From Ignicoccus pacificus DSM 13166 (GTDB lineage Archaea > Thermoproteota > Thermoprotei_A > Sulfolobales > Ignicoccaceae): a DNA stretch of 32,000 nucleotides. The stretch covers positions 390,001-422,000 of the forward strand of contig CP006868.1 of assembly GCA_025340205.1 (NCBI GenBank), written 5' to 3'. Within the stretch, counting starts at the first letter, position 1. Each line of letters starts with the position of its first letter. Under the pieces are notes generated by a model. The model saw nothing but the letters and a program-made list of their open reading frames with translations. It searched no databases and was not told where the DNA came from. The translations under genes were made by a program, and so were the position numbers. Shown one piece after another: positions 1 through 8,516 of the stretch.

Positions 1-2
1 AA

Positions 3-650
3 AGCTCCTCCCTCTTGGAGCCGAGGACACCAAGTCCTTGGAGGAGGCTGGAGTTAATAGAGAGGCTCAGGGAGCACGGAGTTCCAGTGGTCGCTAGGGT
101 TCAGCCCTTGATTCCCGGCCTCGAGGAGGAGCAAGTCAGGGTCGCTAGGGAAGCCTTGGAGAGGGGGGCGTTGGGGATAATCACCGAAAGCTTGAGGGAA
201 AGTGAGGAAGGAATAAACATAATCTACAAGGTGTTAGGAGTAAAGAGGAGCGGGAAGTGGGAGCCCTACGATATTAAGGGAAGACTGATACATCCGTCTC
301 TAAGATGGAGGCTTGAAAGGCACTTCGCCTTCAAGTCCTTAGCTAGGTCGTATGGTAAAGAGCACGCCGACTGCAAGGACGTCTGCGAGTTCAGGGGAGA
401 GTTGAAGGACTGTTGCTTAACCCACCTAGCCTTCGAGTCCACCAAGAGGCCCACCCTCCGAGACTTGTTAGCTCTAGGAAGGGAAAGAGCTTGTGAGAAG
501 TACCTCTGCGGAGATAGGTTGAGGGAGCTCGGGAAGCTGGCTAGGCCCTTCAGAATGCATGAGAAGTTGCTTCTTAGGGCCTTCGAGAAAAGGAAGGAGT
601 TGTGTCCCTTAGCCTACGCTGAAAGTTCCGTGCGAGGTCTCAACGACTAA
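3..650 (+). CDS. C-terminal part of a radical SAM domain protein (5' end outside or near the window edge)
   Basis: The frame is open from the window edge. 'LRE(H)GVPVVARVQPLIPGLE' matches the mid/late radical SAM barrel pattern; C-terminal Cys-rich segment 'CKDVCEF...KDCC'. The track start at 15 is a TTG inside an open frame. Confidence 0.6.
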   Translation, partial: SSSLLEPRTPSPWRRLELIERLREHGVPVVARVQPLIPGLEEEQVRVAREALERGALGIITESLRESEEGINIIYKVLGVKRSGKWEPYDIKGRLIHPSLRWRLERHFAFKSLARSYGKEHADCKDVCEFRGELKDCCLTHLAFESTKRPTLRDLLALGRERACEKYLCGDRLRELGKLARPFRMHEKLLLRAFEKRKELCPLAYAESSVRGLND

Positions 651-1118
651 CTTAACTCCCTTTACCTCGTTCCACGGATTTAAGCAGATGTCACCCTTCT
701 TGAGGGATGGATACTGCTTTAGCATCGAGGTAAGTATGTTATTGAGTGTGCTTTTGAAGATGCCGGAGAAGGCGTTCTCTATAGTGGAGTCCTTCAGTTT
801 AGTCAAGGGAACCTTTCTAGATAAGACCCCTAGGACGTCGCTAACTACCACCTTCGGCAGCTTGCAGCCGTTCGTGTACAAGATGAGCGTCACGTTGCTC
901 TTGAGAAATTGCTGAGGGGAGGGAGCGGTGGAGGGGGAGAGAAGCCAAGTCATTTGAAAGTGATACTCAAAGGTGGAGTAGTTCGAGGTAGAGGCCGAAG
1001 TATAAGCCATTACCAAGGTTACTAGAAGTACTACGAAAACAGCTATCAAATGAGTTATTTTAAAGGGAGAACGTTTCTCCTTCTCTTTCATAAATACCTC
1101 CATCTCTTTTGTTGACAA
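609..1118 (-). CDS. Hypothetical exported or membrane-anchored protein
   Basis: 169 aa ORF with N-terminal hydrophobic helix 'ITHLIAVFVVLLVTLVMAYTS' after a basic segment. The 3' end overlaps the convergent gene by 42 bp. Confidence 0.6.
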   Translation of the reverse strand: MSTKEMEVFMKEKEKRSPFKITHLIAVFVVLLVTLVMAYTSASTSNYSTFEYHFQMTWLLSPSTAPSPQQFLKSNVTLILYTNGCKLPKVVVSDVLGVLSRKVPLTKLKDSTIENAFSGIFKSTLNNILTSMLKQYPSLKKGDICLNPWNEVKGVKLVVETSHGTFSVG

Positions 1119-1285
1119 AATTTATTTTCTCTCCTCCTTTCTATATAATTCGATTGACTAATAAAGAAAGAGAGGAATTCCTCATGTCTATTCGGTCAAC
1201 TTAGAGATCCATAATAAAGAATGCGCGTTGACCGTTGTAATTTTTTAGTAAAAACTTTTTATCCTTCGTTCAGAACCCCTTCCAT

Positions 1286-1374
1286 GCCGGGGTGCCCGAG
1301 CGGCCCAAGGGGGTGGCCTGGAGAGCCACTCCCCCTAACGGGGGGCGCGGGTTCGAATCCCGCCCCCGGCGCCA
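1286..1374 (+). tRNA. tRNA-Ser (anticodon GGA), CCA encoded
   Basis: Acceptor GCCGGGG/CCCCGGC, anticodon stem GTGGC/GCCAC with loop CTGGAGA (GGA at 1320-1322), long variable arm TCCCCCTAACGGGGGG, T-arm GCGGG-TTCGAAT-CCCGC, discriminator G then CCA. TATA-like 'actttttat' lies upstream. Confidence 0.96.
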
Positions 1375-1511
1375 TGCTCCTTTTTACCTTTAGGGTGTCG
1401 TCTCTACATGCAACAGACCCAGAGATGAGAAACTGTGATTTCCGTCCCAAGTCTCCTCGTTCTAAAATCCCCAATCTCCATAGGGTAAAGTTAAACTATA
1501 TTCTGTAGCTT

Positions 1512-2597
1512 ATGAAGTACATAGGGTATGATAACATTACTAGATTCTCTATTTTGAAAAGTGAAATGAACGGAGGGGTAAGAACCTACGTATTCATGGA
1601 GGTCAGAAGCGGAACACTCTCGTTAAGCGTACCACAACTCCCCTTTGGGAAACTGAAGTTATCTAAGATTGAGCATGATTTGGACATAATACTCGACGAT
1701 AAAGCAAATGACCCTCTTGGGAAGCTCAGGGGTGTGTTATGGCTAAACAATAAAGTACAAGCAATCGCAGTAACCAAGGGACTCTACGGAATTTCGTCAA
1801 CTTGCTCCCACGTCTTCGATTCTTCTCTAGGTCTGATTGAGAAAAAGTGTTCATTCATAAAGGCCCTTGATGTTTCATCATATAATAGTAGGATTGTCTT
1901 TACTGTTCTTTCAGATAACAATAGTCTTTACTTATTCGATTCAAATCTGAATAGATGGTTTCGAATAAGTGCAGCCCACCCTCCTCGTGGTGTTACACTT
2001 TTTCGAAGAGGAATACTCGTGGGATATCGAAATCTAGAATACATTGCTCTAGACGAGATCGGAGGTAGCATAAGAGGTTTAACAAAATACTCTATCTTTA
2101 TGAAGAAAATAGAGAAGGGTCCTGCTATTTGTGAGAATTTAGTTTACGTAGCTAGACACGAATGGCCTTCAGATAACGAGGGAACTCTTAGTTTGGTTGA
2201 CATAGACACCTACAAATTAAAGGAAGTAAAGTCTTTCACCTTTAGCGAGGCTCTTTGGGATGTAAAGGTATGCAAAGATATCATAGCATTAGGTGGGGCG
2301 CGTCACGTATACCTTCTTGAACTTAGTAAATCTTACGAGTTAAAAGAAATTATAGATCCTATTGAATTAATTGGCACCTCATTCCCTAGGGATTATGGGG
2401 CCTACAGCATTTCTTTTAGTCCTGATTGTAAATATCTGGCAAGTACTAACTATGAGGGCATGGAATTATTAATTATAAATTTGGATACTTCAGAGGTATT
2501 CAAATATGAGTTGAGTGACAACGTCGTTGCTGTCTCTTGGGAATCAGAGTTAGTTGTTGGGCTTAGGGGAGGTATGGTATACATCTTCTCTAGTTAG
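1512..2597 (+). CDS. Uncharacterised beta-propeller/WD40-like protein
   Basis: 361 aa. Recurrent blade-like strands ('SISFSPDCKYLASTNYEGMELLIINLDT', 'VKVCKDIIALGGARHVYLLEL', 'AVSWESELVVGLRGGMVYIFSS'). Confidence 0.65.
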   Translation: MKYIGYDNITRFSILKSEMNGGVRTYVFMEVRSGTLSLSVPQLPFGKLKLSKIEHDLDIILDDKANDPLGKLRGVLWLNNKVQAIAVTKGLYGISSTCSHVFDSSLGLIEKKCSFIKALDVSSYNSRIVFTVLSDNNSLYLFDSNLNRWFRISAAHPPRGVTLFRRGILVGYRNLEYIALDEIGGSIRGLTKYSIFMKKIEKGPAICENLVYVARHEWPSDNEGTLSLVDIDTYKLKEVKSFTFSEALWDVKVCKDIIALGGARHVYLLELSKSYELKEIIDPIELIGTSFPRDYGAYSISFSPDCKYLASTNYEGMELLIINLDTSEVFKYELSDNVVAVSWESELVVGLRGGMVYIFSS

Positions 2598-2640
2598 GAC
2601 AATTAGGGTGTAGCAAAAATAACTCCGTGTAGTACCAGAG

Positions 2641-3705
2641 ATGTTTGGGGATGGAACAATTAAATGTAACTTGTTAGAATGGGCCTATCGTCTTGAGCAA
2701 ATAGATAGTGAAATAAAAAGAGGTATGCTTGACCCCGCCGCTTACGAAGCAGAGATCAAGAAAATGTATAGTGTTAAATACGATGATTGCAAGCCTTCGA
2801 TAAAGGTTGTCCTCAGCGAGGACTTAGGGTCTCTAAAATTAATTTATGACGATAAATACGTCGAAATAGATATAAGCAAGTTCCCGCTTCTCTATCCGTG
2901 TAACTGTATGGTCCACAAGCTACTACCAGATTTCATAAAAAAAGAAATAGTCCGGCTTCCTTGTCCGTTACATTCAAAAATCGGTGATGATAGAATAGAA
3001 AGAGCGTTCTCAGAGCTCGCCGAAATAGAATTCATTGTGCCAGTTTATTGGAGCTCTCTAGAGAGCCTATGGCCTCCTGCCATAGACAGCCTAATCTTGG
3101 CGAAGATAATTAAAGAAAGATATAGCTCTGAGAAAATAGAATCTGTCCTTGACATGGGTTCGGGAACAGGGTACTTAGGTATAGTCTTCAGTAGCGTGAA
3201 TAAAAGTGTGAAGGAAGTTACCTTTGTTGACATACTATATGCACCATTACTTTTCTCGATAGTAAATGCAAGAAGAGTCAAAGAGATGGAGTTAACCAAA
3301 GCTAACTTTAGAGCGATAATAAGTAACGGATTTAAAAAAGTTAAAGGAACCTATGATATTATTGTAAGCATACCACCATACATACCATTCTCGAAGGCCT
3401 CGTTGCCCTCTGCCGCGTTTGGCACATCGCTGCTCAAAGACTTAACAGAAAACTTCAGCAAGTATTCAAGTAAATTGCTAATGGTGATTTCAAGTGTTTC
3501 TTTCGATGTCTTTAATGAGGCTCTAAGCCATTCAGGCGCTAGGTATAAAAAAGTGGCAGAATACGAGGTACCCTTCAGAGTAGGGCCCATTTTGGGCGAC
3601 CCTGAATACTTAAAGCATGCGATTGAGGAAGGTAAGCTCTATTTGAAGAAGGATAATCCTTTCCCCCTTTGGCACAAGATATATGTCTTAGAACTCTCTG
3701 TATGA
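2641..3705 (+). CDS. SAM-dependent methyltransferase, HemK/PrmC/RsmC-like fold
   Basis: Motif I 'VLDMGSGTGYLGIVFS' and motif IV-like 'YDIIVSIPPYIPF'. N-terminal extension with 'YPCNCMVHK' and 'LPCPLHSK'. Confidence 0.75.
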   Translation: MFGDGTIKCNLLEWAYRLEQIDSEIKRGMLDPAAYEAEIKKMYSVKYDDCKPSIKVVLSEDLGSLKLIYDDKYVEIDISKFPLLYPCNCMVHKLLPDFIKKEIVRLPCPLHSKIGDDRIERAFSELAEIEFIVPVYWSSLESLWPPAIDSLILAKIIKERYSSEKIESVLDMGSGTGYLGIVFSSVNKSVKEVTFVDILYAPLLFSIVNARRVKEMELTKANFRAIISNGFKKVKGTYDIIVSIPPYIPFSKASLPSAAFGTSLLKDLTENFSKYSSKLLMVISSVSFDVFNEALSHSGARYKKVAEYEVPFRVGPILGDPEYLKHAIEEGKLYLKKDNPFPLWHKIYVLELSV

Positions 3706-3714
3706 TACCAACAA

Positions 3715-4131
3715 CTAGCTCTGGCTTACTACTCTTATTGTGCTTTGTACTTTTCTTCTAACTCCCTCCACCTTATCGAACTCCTTATCCTCGCTCACAA
3801 TAATTTCTATTCCTTCTTCCATCATCAAGCCTACGTGTAAGGCATCGGAGGGCTTCAAGTTGTACTTGAGCATGAGATCCCTAGCCCTTTTCCAAGAACC
3901 TTCACCTAGTTGGAGCACGTTCACGAAGGGCAGTATCAAGTTATCTATGAAATCCAAGGAAATGCTATAGGGTACTGAGTACTTCCTCTTGGAGACCCAG
4001 ACTAACTCATCCAGCACTAGGACGTCCGTTACCAATGAGTAATCTGAAACGAGCTCCTCATAGCACCTTTCGTGCTCGTCCGATCCTAGTAGGACATATA
4101 CGAATAAGTTCGTATCGATAAATATTCTCAT
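3715..4131 (-). CDS. vapC: PIN-domain ribonuclease, VapC-type toxin
   Basis: N-terminal 'MRIFIDTNLFVYVLLG', internal 'LDELVW', C-terminal 'KPSDALHVGLMMEEGIEIIVSEDKEFDKV'. Overlaps the upstream VapB gene by 4 nt. Confidence 0.88.
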   Translation of the reverse strand: MRIFIDTNLFVYVLLGSDEHERCYEELVSDYSLVTDVLVLDELVWVSKRKYSVPYSISLDFIDNLILPFVNVLQLGEGSWKRARDLMLKYNLKPSDALHVGLMMEEGIEIIVSEDKEFDKVEGVRRKVQSTIRVVSQS

Positions 4132-4382
4132 TCGAACTCTTCCTCCAAGTAGCCCTCATACTTTTCTATTTTCCTTATCTCTTTCAGCTTCTTCTTGTGT
4201 TCCTCATATCTCCTCCTCAGCTCCTTTACGTCAACCTTTTTGATGGGCTTTAGTACTATTCCATCCCTTATCTCCACGACCAACTTGTCGCCTTCAGATA
4301 TGTTGAGGGCTTCCCTCACGCTCTTTGGAAGTATTATGTAGCCCTTCTTGCCCACCTTAACGGTGAGCGGCAACCGCTCCAC
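4128..4382 (-). CDS. vapB: AbrB/SpoVT-type antitoxin, VapB
   Basis: 'VKVGKKGYIILPKSVREALNISEGDKLVVEIRDGIVLKPI' is a canonical AbrB swapped-hairpin domain. Translationally coupled to vapC. Confidence 0.88.
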   Translation of the reverse strand: MERLPLTVKVGKKGYIILPKSVREALNISEGDKLVVEIRDGIVLKPIKKVDVKELRRRYEEHKKKLKEIRKIEKYEGYLEEEFE

Positions 4383-4451
4383 CTCTAGCTAAACCGGTTT
4401 GACCGTTAAAAGGCTCCCCAGTTTTAGACTTCCCTAACTTTCCGAGCGGGG

Positions 4452-5447
4452 ATGAAGATGAGGACTTCGCCGACCTCCCTGACTATAATAGTGTCGATGG
4501 TTTTGATTCCAGTAGCGTTCAGCTTTCCCTTGCTGAGGCTTACATACTTGCATATGGAAATTATGCTTATAATTTTGTTTATTTTCGTGCATTCGGTAGC
4601 TGTGGCATACGTCTCCGGAGTAAGTAAGATGAGGAGGCTAGATTGGGCCTCGCCGCTAGCTTTGTTGGGTCTCTTGAACCAAAGGCTCTTAGTAATTCCC
4701 TCAATCATAATGATTCTCTCCTCCCTTATCGGAGCTAAGAGGAACAAAGACAGCATGAGGCTAAGCTTGATAGGCATATCGATATCTTACATATACGCGA
4801 TTTACTGGTCCCTCTACGAGGGAGACCTAATTTCGAAGGCGTTAGTAGGCTTAGCTTTCCCGCTTTCTATGATATTTGCAATTTCCATGCACTCCCTTCC
4901 TAGAACTTTTCGTTCCAAACCCCATCCGATAGCTCTCCTCTCCGTTCCCTTACTCGCCTTAGGCCTCTTTGATTACAGATTTTACTTGATGTCATTGATT
5001 CCCTACCTCATAGGCTCCAAGTACTTCGAGCTTCCTAGGTACTGCAAGTTGAGCAAGGAAATAGGAGGAATTGCTGGCAAGGGCCTCTTTTACTACTGCT
5101 GCGGTCACGCCTTCTCAGTCATTGCGTTAATCTTTCCATTGATCTTCTACTCTACTCCCCTCACCTTCCTCCACACCATGCTCTTGGGATTCGTAAGCAT
5201 TCACGTGTTCATTCACTTGCCCACGATGATCCCTCCAATACTCGGAATCAAAAACGCTAGAAGGTACAACTACTTCCCTTATGTTCTCACAATCCTAGCC
5301 TCTGCTCTTTGGCCTTTCTTCAAGGACCTCTCTTGGCTCCTCTACTTCTCAGCCTTAATTGCAGTAGCCTTGGTCTTTTTGCCCTTGAACCTCCCTAAGA
5401 GGGGTACGAAGAGCGCTAGGAGGGCTGGAGCTGGAATCTTAGCGTAA
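4452..5447 (+). CDS. Hypothetical polytopic membrane protein
   Basis: 331 aa with multiple hydrophobic helices throughout. ATG start. Confidence 0.6.
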   Translation: MKMRTSPTSLTIIVSMVLIPVAFSFPLLRLTYLHMEIMLIILFIFVHSVAVAYVSGVSKMRRLDWASPLALLGLLNQRLLVIPSIIMILSSLIGAKRNKDSMRLSLIGISISYIYAIYWSLYEGDLISKALVGLAFPLSMIFAISMHSLPRTFRSKPHPIALLSVPLLALGLFDYRFYLMSLIPYLIGSKYFELPRYCKLSKEIGGIAGKGLFYYCCGHAFSVIALIFPLIFYSTPLTFLHTMLLGFVSIHVFIHLPTMIPPILGIKNARRYNYFPYVLTILASALWPFFKDLSWLLYFSALIAVALVFLPLNLPKRGTKSARRAGAGILA

Positions 5448-5935
5448 GACGATATCACTTGCGTTAATGTGTTCGTTGTACTCGTAGTGGATGTTATAGT
5501 TGTGAAGATAGGGTTCAATATTAAGGTTACGGCAGCCTTTCCGAGTATCAAGTAATCGTAATTGTAGAACACGTTGGACCCCTCAGTCATTACGCCTCCC
5601 ACCTTGATATCATCCAATACAACGGTTCCGTAGAAGTAGTTGGTCTCCGTCACCAGAAGCTGAGCTTCCACCGAGTCATCGCAGTAGTACTCGTAGCCTT
5701 CATAGGTACAAGTCACCGTGGGGTCCGGGATGGTATAGGTGACGTAGTGGTCCGCCAAGTAAATAGAAGCTGATCCGCTCATGGTGTAAGTCCTTCCAGT
5801 TATGGTAAGGTAGACTGTATAGGTGTAATCCTCGCGGGCCCATAAGTCCCCTGCCGATACCTCCACAACGACCTTGGAGGCGTAGGCGAGGAGGAAGGTT
5901 GCTAGAAGAGCCAAGAGGACCCTTCTAATAAACAT
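5342..5935 (-). CDS. Hypothetical exported protein with C-terminal membrane anchor
   Basis: Signal peptide 'IRRVLLALLATFLLAYASK', beta/Tyr/Thr-rich ectodomain, Thr/Ser linker, then 'IPAPALLALFVPLLGRFKGKK'. Confidence 0.6.
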   Translation of the reverse strand: MFIRRVLLALLATFLLAYASKVVVEVSAGDLWAREDYTYTVYLTITGRTYTMSGSASIYLADHYVTYTIPDPTVTCTYEGYEYYCDDSVEAQLLVTETNYFYGTVVLDDIKVGGVMTEGSNVFYNYDYLILGKAAVTLILNPIFTTITSTTSTTNTLTQVISSYAKIPAPALLALFVPLLGRFKGKKTKATAIKAEK

Positions 5936-6147
5936 CCCTAAGAGGAAATCTCTACAGAGCTAATATTCGTTAGGAAAACTTTGAAGATGAAAGAGGCGAG
6001 AAAGGCTTTAAATACAGGATAATTAGATAATTGAAAAACTTTACCTCATCCGTAAAGCCCTTTAAGAGTTCCTCGAGGCGTTTATGCTGAATTCGTCGCA
6101 TGAAGCCTTGACTCCCTCTCTTCTACTCCCCCTCCCTAGTGAATCGA

Positions 6148-6204
6148 GGCCTGTGAAGAGTCGGGCACGTCTGACCGGTGATGTGGGTCTTGAGTGCTGA
6201 GGCC
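6148..6204 (+). ncRNA. Candidate C/D box sRNA (2'-O-methylation guide)
   Basis: GGCC-t-GTGAAGA(C)-gtcgggcacgt-CTGA(D')-ccg-GTGATGT(C')-gggtcttgagtg-CTGA(D)-GGCC. Guides are 11 and 12 nt with a 3-nt D'-C' spacer; GGCC/GGCC forms the terminal stem. Confidence 0.6.
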
Positions 6205-6242
6205 CTTATTTAGCCTCCCCTAAATTCCGAGAGGGCAACGAA

Positions 6243-7263
6243 ATGAAGGCGATAGATGTTCTCTACAGGCTGGTAAAGGTCTACTCTCCTAGCGGAGACG
6301 AGGATGAGGTAGCGAACGCCCTAATGGAGTTGATAGAGGAGCTTACCGGAGGAACCGTTCAAGTTTGGAGGGACGAGGCCGGAAACGTGCTAGCGGCGCC
6401 TTCGAAGAAGGGAGAGTACAAGGTAGGCCTAATTTCCCACATGGACACCGTGCCGGGATACTGGGAGCCTAGGGTCGAGGGAAACGAGATCAGCGGAAGG
6501 GGGGCGGTAGACGCCAAGGGTCCCCTAACCTCAATGACCTTAGCCTTCTCTGAATTAGCGAAAGAGGAGGTCCCGGTCCTACTAGGCGCCATGGTAAGGG
6601 AGGAGACTGACAGCTTTGGAGCGAAGTACTTGAAGGAAAACGGACCTAAAATTAAATTCATAATAATTGGAGAGCCTTCCAATAACAATAACGTAATCAT
6701 AGCTTACAGAGGATATGCTTGGCTAAGGGTGAAGTGTAAGGCAAAGGGAGGCCACGCCTCCTCCCCGGAGGTGGGAGAAAGTGCTGTGGAGAAGCTCTGG
6801 GAGATATATCAAAGGGCGAAGGAGAAGCTGTCCCCTGCCACGGTCTCCTTGACTTCCATAGTTAGTCAGAACGCCTTCAACGTCCTCCCCACTGAGGTAG
6901 AAGCTAAGTTCGATATTAGGTATCCTGCCAAGGTAAGCTTGGATGACATCCTTAAAGCCTTTGAGCCCTGTGAGGTGGAGCTGGTAGATGGATTGCCTCC
7001 GGCCGAGGTAAAGCCCTCCTCCCCCGTCCCCGAGGTCCTTAGCTAGGTCCCTCATCAAGTTGGGTCACAAGCCGAGATACGCCAAGAAGAGGGGGAGCAG
7101 CGACATGAACGTTTTGGCCTCGATGAGCGAGAGCATTGCTGCCTATGGTCCCGGCAAGAGCGAGTTGAGTCATACTGAGATGGAGAGAATAAGCGAGGAG
7201 GAGCTTCAGCTGGCGAAGGAGGTTTACAAGGGAGCGGTGAGGGAGCTCCTTGAGAGGTACTAA
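6243..7263 (+). CDS. lysK: [LysW]-lysine/ornithine hydrolase (LysK-like, M20 family), interrupted by an apparent +1 frameshift
   Basis: 'VGLISHMDTVPG', 'GRGAVDAKGPL', 'REETDSFGAKYL', 'IIGEPSNNNNVIIAYRGYAWL'. The first frame stops at 7046; 'SLARSLIKLGHKPRYAKKRGSSDMNVL...YGPGKSELSHTEMERISEEEL' continues in the +1 frame to 7263. Confidence 0.8.
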
Positions 7264-8047
7264 GGGATTCCTCTTCTCGATACTTTCCACGTTCACCGCC
7301 TCCTTAACCGCGGTAATAGCTAAAGCCTTGGTTTCCGACCTAAATCCGCTCCTCTTGAACGCTGTAATATACACGAGCGCCTTCCTCCTATCCTTCCCTT
7401 ACCTGTTCTTGAAGAATTCCAAACCTCGCTTTACTTCCAGAACCCTTCTCTCCGGAATATCTCTTTCACTTTATGGAGCATTACTCTACTACTCCTTCCT
7501 CACGATAAAGGCCAGCGTCGGAGGATTGGCGATATCCATCTTTCCCGTAATTACCTCAATTTTAGCTTCCTTGCTTTACAAGGAAAGGCTCGGGAGAAGG
7601 GAGATCATCGCCTTAGCTCTTTCCGCTAGCGCTATTGCCCTAGTCAGTTCCGTTAGTAATCCAGCCGGCGTTCTCCTAGCGCTTCTATCCTCCCTCTTCC
7701 TCTCGATCTACACTCTCCTTTTGAAAGATAGTTCCGTCGAGACGGTGTCTTCAGTTCTCTTAGGCTCATCTTTGGCTTCATGGATATTTGTAGTAATGTC
7801 CGGTGCTCCTCTCAACGCTTCCTCGTTGCTTGCCGTCCCCCTAGGAGCGCTCTCAATACTAGGAACCGCTTTGTGGATAGAAGCTGTAGAGGCCATAGGG
7901 CCATCGAGGGCCTCCTTGGGAGCTTTGAGCTATCCCTTCTTCGTTCTATCCCTAAGCATCCTGTTACTGAAGGAGAGCGTAGTGCTAAGCGAGATAATTG
8001 CCTATTCCTTGGCATTCCTCTCTCTGTTCTTGGTTTTACTGAGGTAG
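7250..8047 (+). CDS. EamA/DMT family transporter
   Basis: About ten hydrophobic helices; 'GALLYYSFLTIKASVGGLAISIFPVITSILASLLYKERLGRRE' is a typical EamA repeat motif. Confidence 0.8.
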   Translation: MRGTKGFLFSILSTFTASLTAVIAKALVSDLNPLLLNAVIYTSAFLLSFPYLFLKNSKPRFTSRTLLSGISLSLYGALLYYSFLTIKASVGGLAISIFPVITSILASLLYKERLGRREIIALALSASAIALVSSVSNPAGVLLALLSSLFLSIYTLLLKDSSVETVSSVLLGSSLASWIFVVMSGAPLNASSLLAVPLGALSILGTALWIEAVEAIGPSRASLGALSYPFFVLSLSILLLKESVVLSEIIAYSLAFLSLFLVLLR

Positions 8048-8100
8048 TTTATGTCGCAAAGTTCACTTCCTTCTTTTTATACAAAACTTCGAGTTGATTA

Positions 8101-8514
8101 GTGGGCTACCCTTTGAACCGCTACCGTTTTTACGTAATGGAGTGGGCCAATTCGATTTATTATAAGTTCAGAGGGGTGGCCATGAGTATAGTTATTGACA
8201 ACACCAACCTAACTCCCGATCATCCGGACTTCGTTCCCTTCTTCGTTCACGTCCTCCTCGAGCTGGCGAGGGACGGCTTCCTAGAGCTGAACAGAGAGGG
8301 AAGCGAGTCCGATGCCCCAGGTTACGTATCCTCCTACGCCTTCGTAGCGGATCTTTACTATGAAGAGCTTAAGGACAAGCTAACCAAGATAGTTTCATTG
8401 ATGGTAAGGAACGGAAGTCTGTGGAGGCTCTACGAGCAAGTGAAGAGTATAGGATACTCCCACGACAGCATCGTCCCCCTTCAAGTTATCAACGTACTGA
8501 AGAACACCAACTGA
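8101..8514 (+). CDS. Hypothetical protein
   Basis: 137 aa ORF with GTG start and coding-like composition. Ends 3 bp before the convergent gene. Confidence 0.5.
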   Translation: MGYPLNRYRFYVMEWANSIYYKFRGVAMSIVIDNTNLTPDHPDFVPFFVHVLLELARDGFLELNREGSESDAPGYVSSYAFVADLYYEELKDKLTKIVSLMVRNGSLWRLYEQVKSIGYSHDSIVPLQVINVLKNTN

Positions 8515-8516
8515 GG

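Noticed and set aside
1221-1508. ORFs 1221-1508 (+) and 1259-1474 (-)
   Set aside because: Both run through the tRNA-Ser gene and have no protein-like features.
1375-4382. Integrated element attached at tRNA-Ser with att duplication
   Set aside because: No integrase and no second copy of the tRNA 3' end were found in the window; kept only as a compositional observation.
4424-4777. 117-aa minus ORF upstream of the membrane protein
   Set aside because: Antisense to the 4452-5447 gene; its Ile/Thr-rich composition is explained by the complement of a hydrophobic coding region.
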